The notes beneath the pieces are model-generated. The model did not search any database. It was not told where the DNA came from and worked only from the letters and a program-made list of their open reading frames with translations. This document shows positions 24,607 through 34,294 of a stretch of DNA of 64,000 nt, in pieces; positions within the stretch are counted from its first letter, which is position 1; each line of letters opens with the position of its first letter. The DNA is from an uncultured Chloroflexia bacterium (lineage in GTDB: Bacteria; Chloroflexota; Anaerolineae; Fen-1058): NCBI GenBank assembly GCA_963844815.1, contig CAWJPR010000009.1, forward strand, positions 604,899-668,898. The letters are read 5' to 3'. The position numbers and the translations under genes were made by a program.

Positions 24607-24634
24607 TTCACAAATTGCGCAAGTGTGTTAGAAT
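24607..24634 (+). promoter_or_regulatory. Sigma-70-like promoter TTCACA-16 nt-TAGAAT (with TG-like extension)
   Basis: TTCACA at 24607-24612 and TAGAAT at 24629-24634, about 35 nt upstream of the PRTase ATG. Confidence 0.4.
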
Positions 24635-24667
24635 CGCAGCGCATTTCGTAGTCCTGTGGAGATCGCC

Positions 24668-25226
24668 ATGACGCAACGTGAAACGCATACGGTAAAAATC
24701 GCCGGACTGACCCGGCATCTGCCGCTCTTTCAAGTCGCCCCCGGCGTGAAGATCGCCATCTTCAACATGCTGGGCGACACGGAAGTGATCGAAGTGGCGG
24801 CCAAAGCGCTGGCCAAGCGCCTGCCCAAAGACGCGCAGGTCCTGCTCACCGCCGAGGCCAAGAGCATTCCGCTGGCGCACGCGCTGTCCGTCGAAAGCCA
24901 GCTGCCCTACGTGGTGCTGCGCAAGAGACTACAAGCCGTACATGGGCGAGACCATCAGCGCCGAGACGCTCTCCATCACCACCGGCCAGCCGCAGACTTT
25001 ATACCTCGACGAAAAGGACATTGCCTTGATTCGCGGCAGGAAAGTGGTCATCGTCGACGACGTGATCAGCACCGGCAGCACGCTGCAAGGGATGCGCCTG
25101 ATCATCGAAAAGGCCGGCGGCGCCATCACCGCCACGACGGCCGTCTTCACGGAAGGCGAACGCGCCAAGTGGAAAGACATTATCGCCCTGGGACATCTGC
25201 CGATTTTCACTGCCGATAGCAAGTGA
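24668..25226 (+). CDS. Type I phosphoribosyltransferase (adenine/purine PRT-like), one frameshift
   Basis: The N-terminal part ([37 protein letters not shown]...LPYVVLRK) is in the 24656 frame. [14 protein letters not shown]...[20 protein letters not shown] (PRPP loop) is in the 24942 frame. The frame change is at about 24924-24932. Confidence 0.75.
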
Positions 25227-25230
25227 CGCC

Positions 25231-25737
25231 ATGGCCCAACTGACGCGCGACGACGTAGTGCGCCTGATCGCCGATCGGCAGGCGCGCGGCATCCTTGACC
25301 TGTACCTCAAGGGCGCCGATTTATCCGGGCTCGATCTCTCGGGACTCGACCTGCACAACGTGCGGCTGCGGCAGGCCAACCTGCACGCCGCCGATCTGCA
25401 CGAAGCCAACCTCAGCGGCGCGGACCTGGTGGAAGCCGATCTCTCGCTGTGCGATCTGCGCAAAGCCGATTTGTATCAAGCCAATCTCACCGGCGCGGAT
25501 CTCAACGGGGCCAACCTGACCTTCGCGCACCTGGGGCAAGCCAACTTGACGGCCGCGCTGGTCTGTGAAGCCAACCTCACCTTTGCCGATGCCCGCCGCG
25601 CCAACTTCACCCTGGCCGATCTGGGCCGCAGCAATTTGCGCGAAGCCAGGCTGAACAATGCGATCCTCGATCAGGCTGATCTGACCGGCACCCGGCTGCA
25701 GGGCACCATCATGCCGGACGGCTCCAGACACGAATGA
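25231..25737 (+). CDS. Pentapeptide-repeat protein
   Basis: 168 aa: GADLSGLDLSGLDLHNVRLRQANLHAADLHEANLSGADLVEADLSLCDLRKADLYQANLTGADLNGANLTFAHLGQANL. The C-terminus TIMPDGSRHE resembles the end of the 11676 ORF (ATMPDGSIHP). Confidence 0.85.
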   Translation: MAQLTRDDVVRLIADRQARGILDLYLKGADLSGLDLSGLDLHNVRLRQANLHAADLHEANLSGADLVEADLSLCDLRKADLYQANLTGADLNGANLTFAHLGQANLTAALVCEANLTFADARRANFTLADLGRSNLREARLNNAILDQADLTGTRLQGTIMPDGSRHE

Positions 25738-25768
25738 TCTTCTGCATCCATAATTCCACTTCGCCCTC

Positions 25769-25802
25769 AGCCGGGGACGCGCACGTCCTCGGCTGTTTTC
25801 TT
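25769..25802 (+). terminator. Hairpin AGCCGGGGAC-gcgcac-GTCCTCGGCT + TTTT
   Basis: A 10-bp stem (one G-U pair) followed by a T-tract, 32 nt after the pentapeptide gene stop. Confidence 0.5.
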
Positions 25803-25825
25803 GTAATCAATTCGTAAGCACCACA

Positions 25826-25834
25826 TGGTATAAT
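25826..25834 (+). promoter_or_regulatory. Extended -10 element TGGTATAAT
   Basis: A perfect TGnTATAAT. It is followed by a perfect 10-bp 5'-UTR hairpin GGGGCGAGAC-gcg-GTCTCGCCCC (25852-25874) and a GGGAGGA RBS before the ATG at 25900. Confidence 0.4.
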
Positions 25835-25899
25835 TTTTCCAGAAGCAAACAGGGGCGAGACGCGGTCTCGCCCCTCCTGTGTCATACCGGGAGGACAGC

Positions 25900-26541
25900 A
25901 TGTTCAATCTATTCGGAAATCGCAAGGAGCAGGAAGAACAAGTCAAGAGCGCCGGGCGTCTGCCGCCGGGGCAGGCCTTGACGCAGAAATTTCCGGTGCT
26001 GCACTACGGGCCGGTGCCGCCGTTCAATCCCGACACGTGGGATTTTCGCGTCTTCGGCCTGGTGGAAGAAGAGAAGCGCTGGACGTGGGACGAATTCAAT
26101 CGCCTGCCCCGCCGCCAGATGAATCTGGACATTCACTGCGTCACGCGCTGGAGCAAGTTTGATACCGTGTGGGAAGGCGTGCACCTGAAAGACCTGATCG
26201 ATCAGGGCTTCATCCGCCTCAAGCCGGAAGCAACGTTCGTGATGCAGCATTGCGAATACGGCTTTACCGTGAATGTACCGCTGGAAGTGGCGCTGAGCGA
26301 TGTGTTCCTGATGGCCACGCACTACGACGGCCAACCGCTCGATCCCGATCACGGCTATCCGCTGCGCGGCGTGGCCGGCGCAATGGCCGGACAGCACTCG
26401 GAAGACGATCGCTACTTCTGGAAGGGCGGCAAGTGGCTGCGCGGACTGGAGTTCATGGCAGCCGATCGCCCCGGCTTCTGGGAACAGGCCGGTTATTCCA
26501 TGACGGCCAACGTCTGGAAAGAAGAACGGTTTGGCTGGTAA
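25900..26541 (+). CDS. Sulfite-oxidase-like molybdopterin-binding oxidoreductase domain protein
   Basis: [46 protein letters not shown]...[25 protein letters not shown]...DHGYPLRGV...[26 protein letters not shown]. Confidence 0.8.
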   Translation: MFNLFGNRKEQEEQVKSAGRLPPGQALTQKFPVLHYGPVPPFNPDTWDFRVFGLVEEEKRWTWDEFNRLPRRQMNLDIHCVTRWSKFDTVWEGVHLKDLIDQGFIRLKPEATFVMQHCEYGFTVNVPLEVALSDVFLMATHYDGQPLDPDHGYPLRGVAGAMAGQHSEDDRYFWKGGKWLRGLEFMAADRPGFWEQAGYSMTANVWKEERFGW

Positions 26542-26545
26542 ATCA

Positions 26546-26581
26546 AACCCTCCCGGAAGCAATGAAGCTTCGGGAGGGTTT
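26546..26581. terminator. Hairpin AACCCTCCCGGAAGC-aatga-GCTTCGGGAGGGTT between convergent genes
   Basis: Seen directly; one bulged base and T residues on both sides. Confidence 0.5.
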
Positions 26582-26594
26582 CTCGACCTCAGAA

Positions 26595-27992
26595 TCACCG
26601 GCCGTCTGCGTTTTCGACGGCTGATCCAGCCGGCGGCGCAACCTCGGCCGCGCCTTCAATCGGCCGGCTGCCCACAAACCGCCAGCCAAAGTTAAACTTC
26701 ATGGGCGACCAACTGCCGGGCAGCGGCGCACCCGTCTGTTGATAGTCTTCCTGGATACTGCTTTGCACGCCCGCTCTGGCCACGCGCCGGATAAGCAGCA
26801 CCATGAGGATCACCGGGAGAATGATCAGCAGACCGACCAGGCACACGAGCAGCACATTCAGCGTGAAGGCGCTGAGCCCCACCGCGATTCCAACAAAAGC
26901 CATCGTTAGCGCGCAGGCGTTCCACAGGCCGTGCATGATCACCGCCCGCCCATAGCCCCGCCACAACTGGCTGCGCTGTTGTGTTTGCAGATAGCGCGCG
27001 TAACCGAAGCCCGTGAGGCTGGTGGCCAGCCCATGCAACAGCAGTGCGGCCAGCCGCACCCAGCCGCCCAAAAACCAGTTCTCAGTCGTATCCAGATTAA
27101 ACGCGCCTTCCAAAAAACCAAAGCCCAATCCGATGGCAAAACCCAGCAGCCAGCCGTCTGCCGGGCGCTGGATCGAGCGCCGCAAGCCGCGCAGGCCCGC
27201 GGCCTTCACGGCTTCTTCAATCAGCGGCGCACCGATCACCGCGCCTGCCAGGATCGCCACCAGCAGCGCCGGGTTTTGGAGGGCCCGCTCGAGGCCCTGG
27301 TACGAACTCAGCCTCGTCTGCGGCACTTCGTCGAAAGCGGTTCCAGACAGAATGGCTATCGCCAGCACGGGAGCCGCCTCGAGCGCGATCGCGAGAAGCG
27401 TGCTGATCGCGCCCCACACACCGGCCCACAGCACCGTCCACGCCGGCGCCCAGCGCAGCAGCAGTTCCGAATTGGCCGGCCAGAGTTTCACACGCTGCCC
27501 GCTCAGCCAGCGCAGCGCCCACACACTGCCCGCGACCATCAAGCTCAAAGACAACGCCAGCATGATCAGCTGCTCGACAACTTCCGGCAGCCCGAGCAGC
27601 GCTAGAAACACAGCCACCGCGATGCCCGCGCCCCACGTCAACACGAACCACATGCGCGGATTCAGGATGGGCCGGGGCAGGAAAGATTGATCGGGCGCGA
27701 GGCCGCGCGTGCGCGCCGCCGCCACGATCAGCACCAGCCCCACGATCAACAGCGTCAGCCCGCTGCTGGACATCAGATTATTGGTGATGGTGCTCCGCGC
27801 TTCTCCGGCGGCAAACAAGACGGCGCCAAACACCACCGCCAGCAATCCCATCCCCCGCGCCCGTGTCAAACGCTGCAGCGCCCGAGCGGACCAGTGCGCA
27901 GCCTCCGCATGGGACTGCGCTCCGCCGGCCGCCTCGCCGGTTCCTGTAGACTCAATTGCACCTGAAGTCTCAACGTCCATATCACTCTTCAC
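26595..27992 (-). CDS. PrsW-family intramembrane protease-like polytopic membrane protein
   Basis: 465 aa with many TM helices. Motifs: GAPLIEEAVKAAGLRG (EExxK), LLLHGLATSL and AVIMHGLWNACAL (HxxxN). Confidence 0.7.
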   Translation of the reverse strand: MKSDMDVETSGAIESTGTGEAAGGAQSHAEAAHWSARALQRLTRARGMGLLAVVFGAVLFAAGEARSTITNNLMSSSGLTLLIVGLVLIVAAARTRGLAPDQSFLPRPILNPRMWFVLTWGAGIAVAVFLALLGLPEVVEQLIMLALSLSLMVAGSVWALRWLSGQRVKLWPANSELLLRWAPAWTVLWAGVWGAISTLLAIALEAAPVLAIAILSGTAFDEVPQTRLSSYQGLERALQNPALLVAILAGAVIGAPLIEEAVKAAGLRGLRRSIQRPADGWLLGFAIGLGFGFLEGAFNLDTTENWFLGGWVRLAALLLHGLATSLTGFGYARYLQTQQRSQLWRGYGRAVIMHGLWNACALTMAFVGIAVGLSAFTLNVLLVCLVGLLIILPVILMVLLIRRVARAGVQSSIQEDYQQTGAPLPGSWSPMKFNFGWRFVGSRPIEGAAEVAPPAGSAVENADGR

Positions 27993-28002
27993 GCTTTACT
28001 TT

Positions 28003-30477
28003 TCACTTCCTCTTTCTCCGGCGTGTCTTCGTTTCTTCCTCTTCCTTTTTTTTCTGATCTTCATCGCCCGGCTCTTCGCGTTCCTTGTGGCCGCCGTCGA
28101 GTTGTTCCGCAATCAACTTCAACTTCGCGGCGGCGCGCGCGTGCACGCTGTTTCTGGTAAATTCGCCATGCTTGCCGCGCCGCCCCGCCTTCACACCGGT
28201 CAGCAATTCCAGGCCTTCATCAATCGTATCCACCGCCCAGATGTGGAACTTTCCGGCGCGGCAGGCCGCCACCACGTCTTCGCGCAGCATCAGATTCTTG
28301 ACATTACTCGCCGGAATCATCACGCCCTGCTCGCCCGTCAGCCCGCGCGCCTGGCAGATGTCGAAGTACCCTTCGATCTTGTATTGCACGCCGCCCACCG
28401 GCTGCACGCGTCCCTGCTGATCGACCGACCCTGTCACGGCGATGCTCTGCTTGATCGGCAGATCGACCAGCGCCGACAGCAGCACGTACAGCTCCGCGCT
28501 CGACGCGCTGTCCCCTTCGATCTCGGAGTAGTTCTGCTCAAAGCTCAGGCTCGCCGCCAGTGACAACGGTTCTTTCGCCGCGTACTGCCCGTGCAGGTAG
28601 CCTTCCAGCGTCAGCACCCCTTTGTTGTGAATGCGCCCGCTCAAATGTACTTCGCGCTCGATCACCATCACGCCGCTGCGGCCCACCGAGATGCGCGCCG
28701 AAATGCGCGCCGGATGCCCGAATTGATATTCGCCGTACTCGATCACCGTCAGGCCGTTGATCTGCCCCACCACTTCGCCCTCCACCTCAACCTTGATCGT
28801 GCCGTCGGCGATGGGCTGCTGTGTCTCCTCCTCGATCAGGTTCGATCGATAACGCCACTCGTTCAGCGCGGTGCGCACATCGGCGGCAGTCACCACCGCC
28901 CGGCCGGCCTTCCGCGCCCAATGAGCCGCTTCGATGATCACATCGGCGATGTCGCCAAACTGCGTGGACAGCTTCTTTTGATCTTCGACTAGCCGTGAAC
29001 CATACTCCACGATCTGGGCCACCGCGCCGGCATCGAACGGCGGCAGATGGTGCTCGGCGCAGCGCGCCCGCACAAACAACGCATAGGCCTGCTGGTTCTC
29101 CGGCGTGTGCGCCATCTCGGACGCGAACTCCGCCTTGACCTTGAACAGCCGCGCGAATTCCTCGTCATACTGATAGAGATCGTAGTACAAGTGGGGCGTG
29201 CCCAGCAGCATCACCTTCACATCCAGCGGGATCGCCTCTGATTCCAGCGTGCGCGTGGAGAACATCTGCAAATGCGTGCCCGGGTCTTCGATGACGATCT
29301 GGTTCGTCAGGACAGCGCGCTTCAAGGCATCCCAGGCGTTGGCGTCTTTCAGCACATCGGCCGCCCGCAGCACCAGATAGCCGCCGTTGGCGCGGTGCAG
29401 GGCTCCGGCGCGCAGCATGGTAAAGTCCAGCACGTTCTCGCCCAGCTGCACGTCCCGCTCGATGCGGCCCAGCAAATTCATGAACGTGGGATTCGTCTCA
29501 AACACGATCGGCGCTCCGCGGGTCTGGCTGTGATCGACCAGCAGGTTCACTTGAAAACGCAGCAGCGGATCGAGCGCTGGTTCGTCGCCGGATGCTTCGG
29601 CCGGCTCGATCGAGCCAGCGCGGAAGTCGGCGGCGTGGGTGATGACATCAGCGCGCACTTCCTTCAGATACTCGGCCGCTTCCGGGCACTCAGGCTGGTA
29701 ACGCGCCAGCAATTGATCGAGCAGCGGATCGATCGCATGCGCTGCCGTCTGCCGCTCGAGTTCCTGCAGTTTCGCGCGCGCGGCCAATTCCAGATCGTGC
29801 ACGCGGCGCAGCACGGCATTGAAATCGTCCTCAACCGCCGGCTGGGCCTGTTCCAGGGCGGCCCGCTGCTCGTCGGACAGGGCCGCCAGATCTTCAGCCG
29901 TCGCCGGCTCGCCCTGTGGGCCGAGCGGGGTTACGAACAGCCCCTGTTGTTCGGACTGCGCCAGCGCAAACCCCTGCGGCCGCGCGCGTTGATCGAATTC
30001 CTGCAAGATCGCCGCGCGTTGATTTTCCAATTCACGCAGCAGCTGCGCCGCCGCGCGTTGATAGGCTTCACCCTCAAACGTGCGGCGCAGATCGGATGTA
30101 AGGAAGTTCACCAGGCCAATCATATCTTGCTGGAAGGGGTGCGCGCGCCCCGCGGGCAGGCGCATGGCGCGCGGGCGCAGCGGCTCTTTGAAGTTATGCA
30201 CATAGACCCAGTCGCGGGGCGTCGGCTGTCCGGCCGCGTGCTCGACCAGCGCGCGCTCGGCGGTCGTCATCCGCCCCGATCCGCCATAGCCCAGCACGAA
30301 GATGTTGAAGCCTGGTCCGCGCACGTCGAGGCCGAAATCGATCGCGCGCAGGGCGCGCGGCTGGCCGATGATGTCGTCGACGAGCGGCAGATCGTCGGTG
30401 GTTTTGAACTTCAGCGCCGACGGCCGGCACACACGGCGCAGCTTTGAAATGGGCAGTGGTTTGGTAGGCATCGGCAT
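28003..30477 (-). CDS. Lon-like S16 protease with degenerate AAA+ module and long coiled-coil insertion (LonC-like)
   Basis: Protease domain: IEGDSASSAELYVLLSAL...AVTGSVDQQGRVQPVGGVQYKIEGYF. The Walker A-like VLGYGGSGRMTT has Arg in place of Lys. The Walker B-like GGYLVLRAADVL lacks the acidic pair. The C-tail is Lys/Glu-rich. Confidence 0.85.
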   Translation of the reverse strand: MPMPTKPLPISKLRRVCRPSALKFKTTDDLPLVDDIIGQPRALRAIDFGLDVRGPGFNIFVLGYGGSGRMTTAERALVEHAAGQPTPRDWVYVHNFKEPLRPRAMRLPAGRAHPFQQDMIGLVNFLTSDLRRTFEGEAYQRAAAQLLRELENQRAAILQEFDQRARPQGFALAQSEQQGLFVTPLGPQGEPATAEDLAALSDEQRAALEQAQPAVEDDFNAVLRRVHDLELAARAKLQELERQTAAHAIDPLLDQLLARYQPECPEAAEYLKEVRADVITHAADFRAGSIEPAEASGDEPALDPLLRFQVNLLVDHSQTRGAPIVFETNPTFMNLLGRIERDVQLGENVLDFTMLRAGALHRANGGYLVLRAADVLKDANAWDALKRAVLTNQIVIEDPGTHLQMFSTRTLESEAIPLDVKVMLLGTPHLYYDLYQYDEEFARLFKVKAEFASEMAHTPENQQAYALFVRARCAEHHLPPFDAGAVAQIVEYGSRLVEDQKKLSTQFGDIADVIIEAAHWARKAGRAVVTAADVRTALNEWRYRSNLIEEETQQPIADGTIKVEVEGEVVGQINGLTVIEYGEYQFGHPARISARISVGRSGVMVIEREVHLSGRIHNKGVLTLEGYLHGQYAAKEPLSLAASLSFEQNYSEIEGDSASSAELYVLLSALVDLPIKQSIAVTGSVDQQGRVQPVGGVQYKIEGYFDICQARGLTGEQGVMIPASNVKNLMLREDVVAACRAGKFHIWAVDTIDEGLELLTGVKAGRRGKHGEFTRNSVHARAAAKLKLIAEQLDGGHKEREEPGDEDQKKKEEEETKTRRRKRK

Positions 30478-30665
30478 TCATTTCGCAACGTCATGGCGAG
30501 GAGCGTCTCTCAGCGACGAAGCAATCTCCTTGTCTGGCGCAGACTGCTTTGCACACGACGCTCGCAGTGACGCCGCATCTTCAGATTAAAAATCGCCCTC
30601 AGAGCGATCTCTAAGGGCGATCCACAGCTCGGCATCCAGTGATCGCAGCGCTCCTGGCTCAGCGC

Positions 30666-31802
30666 CTATTTTCCGCCGATGTGCATCGGCATGATGACGT
30701 GCGTAAAGCTATCATTGCCAATCGGGCGCAGCAAGCCCGGCTGCGAAGCGCTGTTAGTCTCCAGGGAGATTTGCGGCGCGTTTGCCACATTCAACACGTC
30801 GATGAGATACTTCACGTTGAAGGCGATCTCCATGGGATTGCCGGTCACCGCCGCATCCAGGTCGCCCGCGTTCTCGCCCGTTTCCGCACTTTGCGCGCCG
30901 ATCTTGATATGGCCTGGCGTGATCTCGTCGCCCGGCACGATGTTGAGCCGCACGATATTGGCGGCTTCGCGCGCAAAGACGTTGGCCGCTTTGCAAGCCT
31001 TGAGCAGCTGCAGGGTATCGATGACAGATTTGGTCCCCGCCGACTTGGGAATGATCGCGTTGTAGTCCGGGAAGCGGCCGTCAATTAACTGCGAAACGAG
31101 ATCGATGTTGGCGAGATGGAACAGGATCTGGCTCTTCTGCGGCGTGACCATGAGACTGATCGGATCGGTCTGATCGCCGCAGATGCGGCTCAACTCGGCC
31201 AGGGCACGCGCCGGAATGATCACGTCCAGCGGCTCATCCACGCCTTCGTCCAACTGCGCCGTGCGCACCGACAGGCGGAAGCCGTCGGCGGCGGCCAGCG
31301 TCAGAGTCTTGCCGCTGAACCGGGCATACACGCCCGTCAAAATGGGGCGGCTCTCGTCGGCCGCGGCGGCAAACACGACCTGATCGATCATCAGGCGCAG
31401 CACGTCCGGCGCAATGCGGATCGCGTCGGCCTCGTCGGCCTTGGGAATGATCGGGAACTCCTGCGCGTCGACACCTTTAACATTATTGGTGAAGCGCCCG
31501 CTGGTCACGGTCAGGGTCTGCGTGCGCACGGCCAGGTCCATGTCCACCGTGCCTTGCGGCAAAGCATTAACCAGATCGACGAAGGTGCGGGCGGGCACCG
31601 TGGTGGCGCCGTCTTCTTCGATCTTGGCGCCGATCCAACAGGTGATGCCGATCTCCAGATTTGTCGCGGCCAGCTTCAAGCGCCCTTGATCCGTTCCGAC
31701 GTAGATGTTGCCCAGCACTGGCAAAGTCGATCGGGCGGCAACGGCGCGGCTGACAATGCCGAGGCCCTTGGCGAGATTCTCTTGCAGGCAGGAGATTTTC
31801 AT
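30666..31802 (-). CDS. dnaN: DNA polymerase III beta sliding clamp
   Basis: MKISCLQENLAKGLGIVSRAVAARSTLPVLGNIYVGTDQGRLKLAATNLEIGITCWI...ISLETNSASQPGLLRPIGNDSFTHVIMPMHI. The Met at 31802 was chosen over the longer track ORF. Confidence 0.9.
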   Translation of the reverse strand: MKISCLQENLAKGLGIVSRAVAARSTLPVLGNIYVGTDQGRLKLAATNLEIGITCWIGAKIEEDGATTVPARTFVDLVNALPQGTVDMDLAVRTQTLTVTSGRFTNNVKGVDAQEFPIIPKADEADAIRIAPDVLRLMIDQVVFAAAADESRPILTGVYARFSGKTLTLAAADGFRLSVRTAQLDEGVDEPLDVIIPARALAELSRICGDQTDPISLMVTPQKSQILFHLANIDLVSQLIDGRFPDYNAIIPKSAGTKSVIDTLQLLKACKAANVFAREAANIVRLNIVPGDEITPGHIKIGAQSAETGENAGDLDAAVTGNPMEIAFNVKYLIDVLNVANAPQISLETNSASQPGLLRPIGNDSFTHVIMPMHIGGK

Positions 31803-31919
31803 GAATGCGACCTCCGCGTGAGGTGAATATGTGGTGGGCCGTATTTTATCACAGGCAAGACACAATTGACAGTGGATAAAGTGACGAGTGATGAGTGACG
31901 AGTGAAGGCGATTCACTCA

Positions 31920-32849
31920 TCAGCCGGGGATCTTGAAATCGTAGATGTCGTCGCGCACTGGCCAACGGTGCCCGCTGGGGCAGCTGAGTTCGTCATGACT
32001 GGGCTGGGCCGGCAGAGGAGCGCGGCAAGTGGGACAGGCAAAGACACCCCGCCCTTGTCCCGCCGCCGCACCCGTGTCCTCGCGAAGCGAGGTGGGCCGC
32101 TGGGCGTGTGGGACGGGGGTGGGTGTGCACAGCGTGAACATGCTGGGCGCAACGGCCAGCGGAGCGAGCGGACGCTGTAACGCGCCATCGATCGCGGCCA
32201 ACCGCTGCGCGCCAAAGAGCCGCTTCAATGCGCCCAGGCGAAACGTCGAGACGGCGCGCGTCTGCTGAACGGCGAAATCTGCCTCGCGCAAGCGCTGCTT
32301 CATCCACGCCGGATGGAAGTCGAAGTTGAGCGGCGCGAATTCGATCGGCATTTGATCGAACGGCGACCACTTCTGCTTCCGCAGGCTATAGCGCGCGATG
32401 GCTTTGAGGTTGCGCTTATTGGCGAACTCGAACACGAACACGCCGCCCGGCTTCAATACGGCGCGGATGTTACCCAGGGCGCGCGGCACAGCGACGATGT
32501 GATGGATGACGCGGATCATCACCACGCTGTCAAACGCGCCGTCTACAAACGGCAGCGCGTACAGATCGGCGGCGACGAACTTGAAGCGCGGATCGCGCCC
32601 CCAGCGAGCGCGCGCCTCCACGATGGTGGAGCGGGCGTAATCCATCAAGATCACTTCGTCGTAGCCCAGGTAGAGATCGCCCAGCCGGCCCGCGCCCGCG
32701 CCGATGTCGATCAGCCGTCTGCCTTGCGGCGGCAGCAGCGCGCGGATGGCCATCCGCTCGGCGCGATCTTCGTACTCGCGCGCGGGATTCCAGAACTCGG
32801 TGCTGTACTGCGAGCCTTCGTAGTCGATGACGGGAAGGGGATTACTCAT
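31920..32849 (-). CDS. Class I SAM-dependent methyltransferase with C-terminal Cys4 zinc-ribbon tail
   Basis: RLIDIGAGAGRLGDLY...LMDYA...FDSVVMIRVIHHI...LKPGGVFVFEF. Tail: FACPTCRAPL...LSCPSGHRW. Confidence 0.75.
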   Translation of the reverse strand: MSNPLPVIDYEGSQYSTEFWNPAREYEDRAERMAIRALLPPQGRRLIDIGAGAGRLGDLYLGYDEVILMDYARSTIVEARARWGRDPRFKFVAADLYALPFVDGAFDSVVMIRVIHHIVAVPRALGNIRAVLKPGGVFVFEFANKRNLKAIARYSLRKQKWSPFDQMPIEFAPLNFDFHPAWMKQRLREADFAVQQTRAVSTFRLGALKRLFGAQRLAAIDGALQRPLAPLAVAPSMFTLCTPTPVPHAQRPTSLREDTGAAAGQGRGVFACPTCRAPLPAQPSHDELSCPSGHRWPVRDDIYDFKIPG

Positions 32850-32949
32850 TACTCGTTACTCGTGACGTGATAAGTATTGCGTAATGCGTAGTGCGTAATG
32901 CGTGAAACCGTCTGTTACGCAATACGTTTTATGCAATACACTTTACGCC
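32841..32949. repeat. Intergenic low-complexity palindrome built from ACTCATT/ACTCGTT and GCGTAAT/TTACGCA words
   Basis: attactcattactcgttactcgtgacgtgataagtattgcgtaatgcgtagtgcgtaatgcgtgaaaccgtctgttacgcaatacgttttatgcaatacactttacgcc. Confidence 0.5.
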
Positions 32950-34218
32950 TTACTTGATCGGGCACATATCATCCGACGTGTACATCCGATTGGCGTAGCC
33001 GAACAGGCCCAGATCGTCGACAATTTGATACTCTTCGTTGGCAAACAGATTGACCGCCGCGCAGGTCTCGGCCCAGTTCTGTGTGGCCTGATACCTGTCC
33101 CACAGCAATTGCGCCATCTGCTGCGTCCGGTGCACGGGCGAGCCCGCGGGGTACTCCGCCGTCAGGGCGCCGAGCTGATCACCGGCATTCGCATCGCCGC
33201 GCAGCAAGCCGATGAGCAGCAGGCGAAAACGCGCATAGGCTTTCAGCGTATCCCGGTCGTGGGCATTGACTCTCCCGCTTTCGGTCAGCCAATCCTTCAG
33301 CGACTCGTCGGTGATGGCGCGGCTGTACCAGTCGATGGCTTTCCGGTAGTCGCCTGCGTTGAAGGCATCGTCGGCTTCATAGATCGCGTGAATGCGGTAT
33401 TCGACCGGCGATAGTTCCGTCTTCATCTTCACATACTGCGCGCCATTCCAGTCCCACTCTTGTGTCTCGGTGCGCTGCGGCCCGGCCCCGATCGAACCGT
33501 TCACGCCTTTATGAGCCTGAATTTCGATGGGCGCATCGCCATCCGCCTGCACGAGTTGATATTGGCCCGCCGGCAATTCCAGCGGCCCGGCCAACAGGCT
33601 CACCAGCGCCTGCCCGTCCCAGCCCAGCACATCCAGTCGCTCAAAACAGGTGCTCGCGCCGCAAGACTCGGTCTGCACGGCGACCTGATTGCCGCGCGGC
33701 GCGCCGATGAAGTTGCCGGTCTGCGCGATGCGCGGCAGCGGATTGGGGCGCGCAGCCACGTTCGAATACGACAACACGACCTGCCGGTTCTCGCAACCAT
33801 AGATCAGCAGCATGCCGCTGGGTCCGGACGTTTGATCCGCGCTGAACGGATCGACGATCGACACGATCGTCTCCGGCTCGCCATCGCCGGACAGATCGAT
33901 CGAGAACACGCCGCCCCGCTGGTCGTCGATCGAACTGGCCTGGCGCAGGATGGTCAGCAAATTGGCCGTCGTGCCGCCTTGCGCGAGATAAGCGCGAATC
34001 GCCTGCGGGTAGCCGTCAAATTGGTCGGGCGGCACCCACACCGCTGCCAGATTCTGCGGTGGACAGATCGACACAGGCGTCGGCATGGCTGTCGGGCGCG
34101 GTGTCACGGTCGGGCGCGGCGTGGCCGTGGGAGTGAGAGTCGGCGCCGGCGTGCCCGGCGCGCCGCAAGCAGCCAGCGTCAGCAGCATTGCTAAAGTTAT
34201 CACAACCTTTCTGATCAT
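32950..34218 (-). CDS. Lipoprotein of unknown function (Pro/Thr-rich linker, C-terminal TPR-like helices)
   Basis: Signal/lipobox MIRKVVITLAMLLTLAACG, then a PTxTP-rich linker. No family recognised. Confidence 0.55.
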   Translation of the reverse strand: MIRKVVITLAMLLTLAACGAPGTPAPTLTPTATPRPTVTPRPTAMPTPVSICPPQNLAAVWVPPDQFDGYPQAIRAYLAQGGTTANLLTILRQASSIDDQRGGVFSIDLSGDGEPETIVSIVDPFSADQTSGPSGMLLIYGCENRQVVLSYSNVAARPNPLPRIAQTGNFIGAPRGNQVAVQTESCGASTCFERLDVLGWDGQALVSLLAGPLELPAGQYQLVQADGDAPIEIQAHKGVNGSIGAGPQRTETQEWDWNGAQYVKMKTELSPVEYRIHAIYEADDAFNAGDYRKAIDWYSRAITDESLKDWLTESGRVNAHDRDTLKAYARFRLLLIGLLRGDANAGDQLGALTAEYPAGSPVHRTQQMAQLLWDRYQATQNWAETCAAVNLFANEEYQIVDDLGLFGYANRMYTSDDMCPIK

Positions 34219-34294
34219 AACGGGACGATTTTACCATAGGGCCTCTCATTACTCATCACTCGTCACTCATGCCGTTTCACGTTATACTTTCTGT

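Noticed and set aside
24668-25737. PRTase + pentapeptide pair as a defence-type effector module (PRTase effectors occur in some retron systems).
   Set aside because: No reverse transcriptase, ncRNA-like repeats or other defence genes are adjacent. The PRTase looks like an ordinary small purine/adenine PRT with its own sigma-70-like promoter.
30481-30625. Spacer between dnaN and the Lon-like gene, whose translation (MARSVSQRRSNLL) resembles widespread palindromic element families.
   Set aside because: Only one copy is in the window, and I cannot verify family membership from memory. Only the local hairpin ATCGCCCT/AGGGCGAT (30592-30621) is directly supported.
31840-31885. Possible oriC/DnaA boxes upstream of dnaN (TTATCACA at 31846-31853; GTGGATAAA at 31872-31880).
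   Set aside because: There are only two imperfect boxes, no dnaA gene adjacent, no AT-rich unwinding element, and the spacer is only 117 nt. At most this is a dnaN promoter feature.
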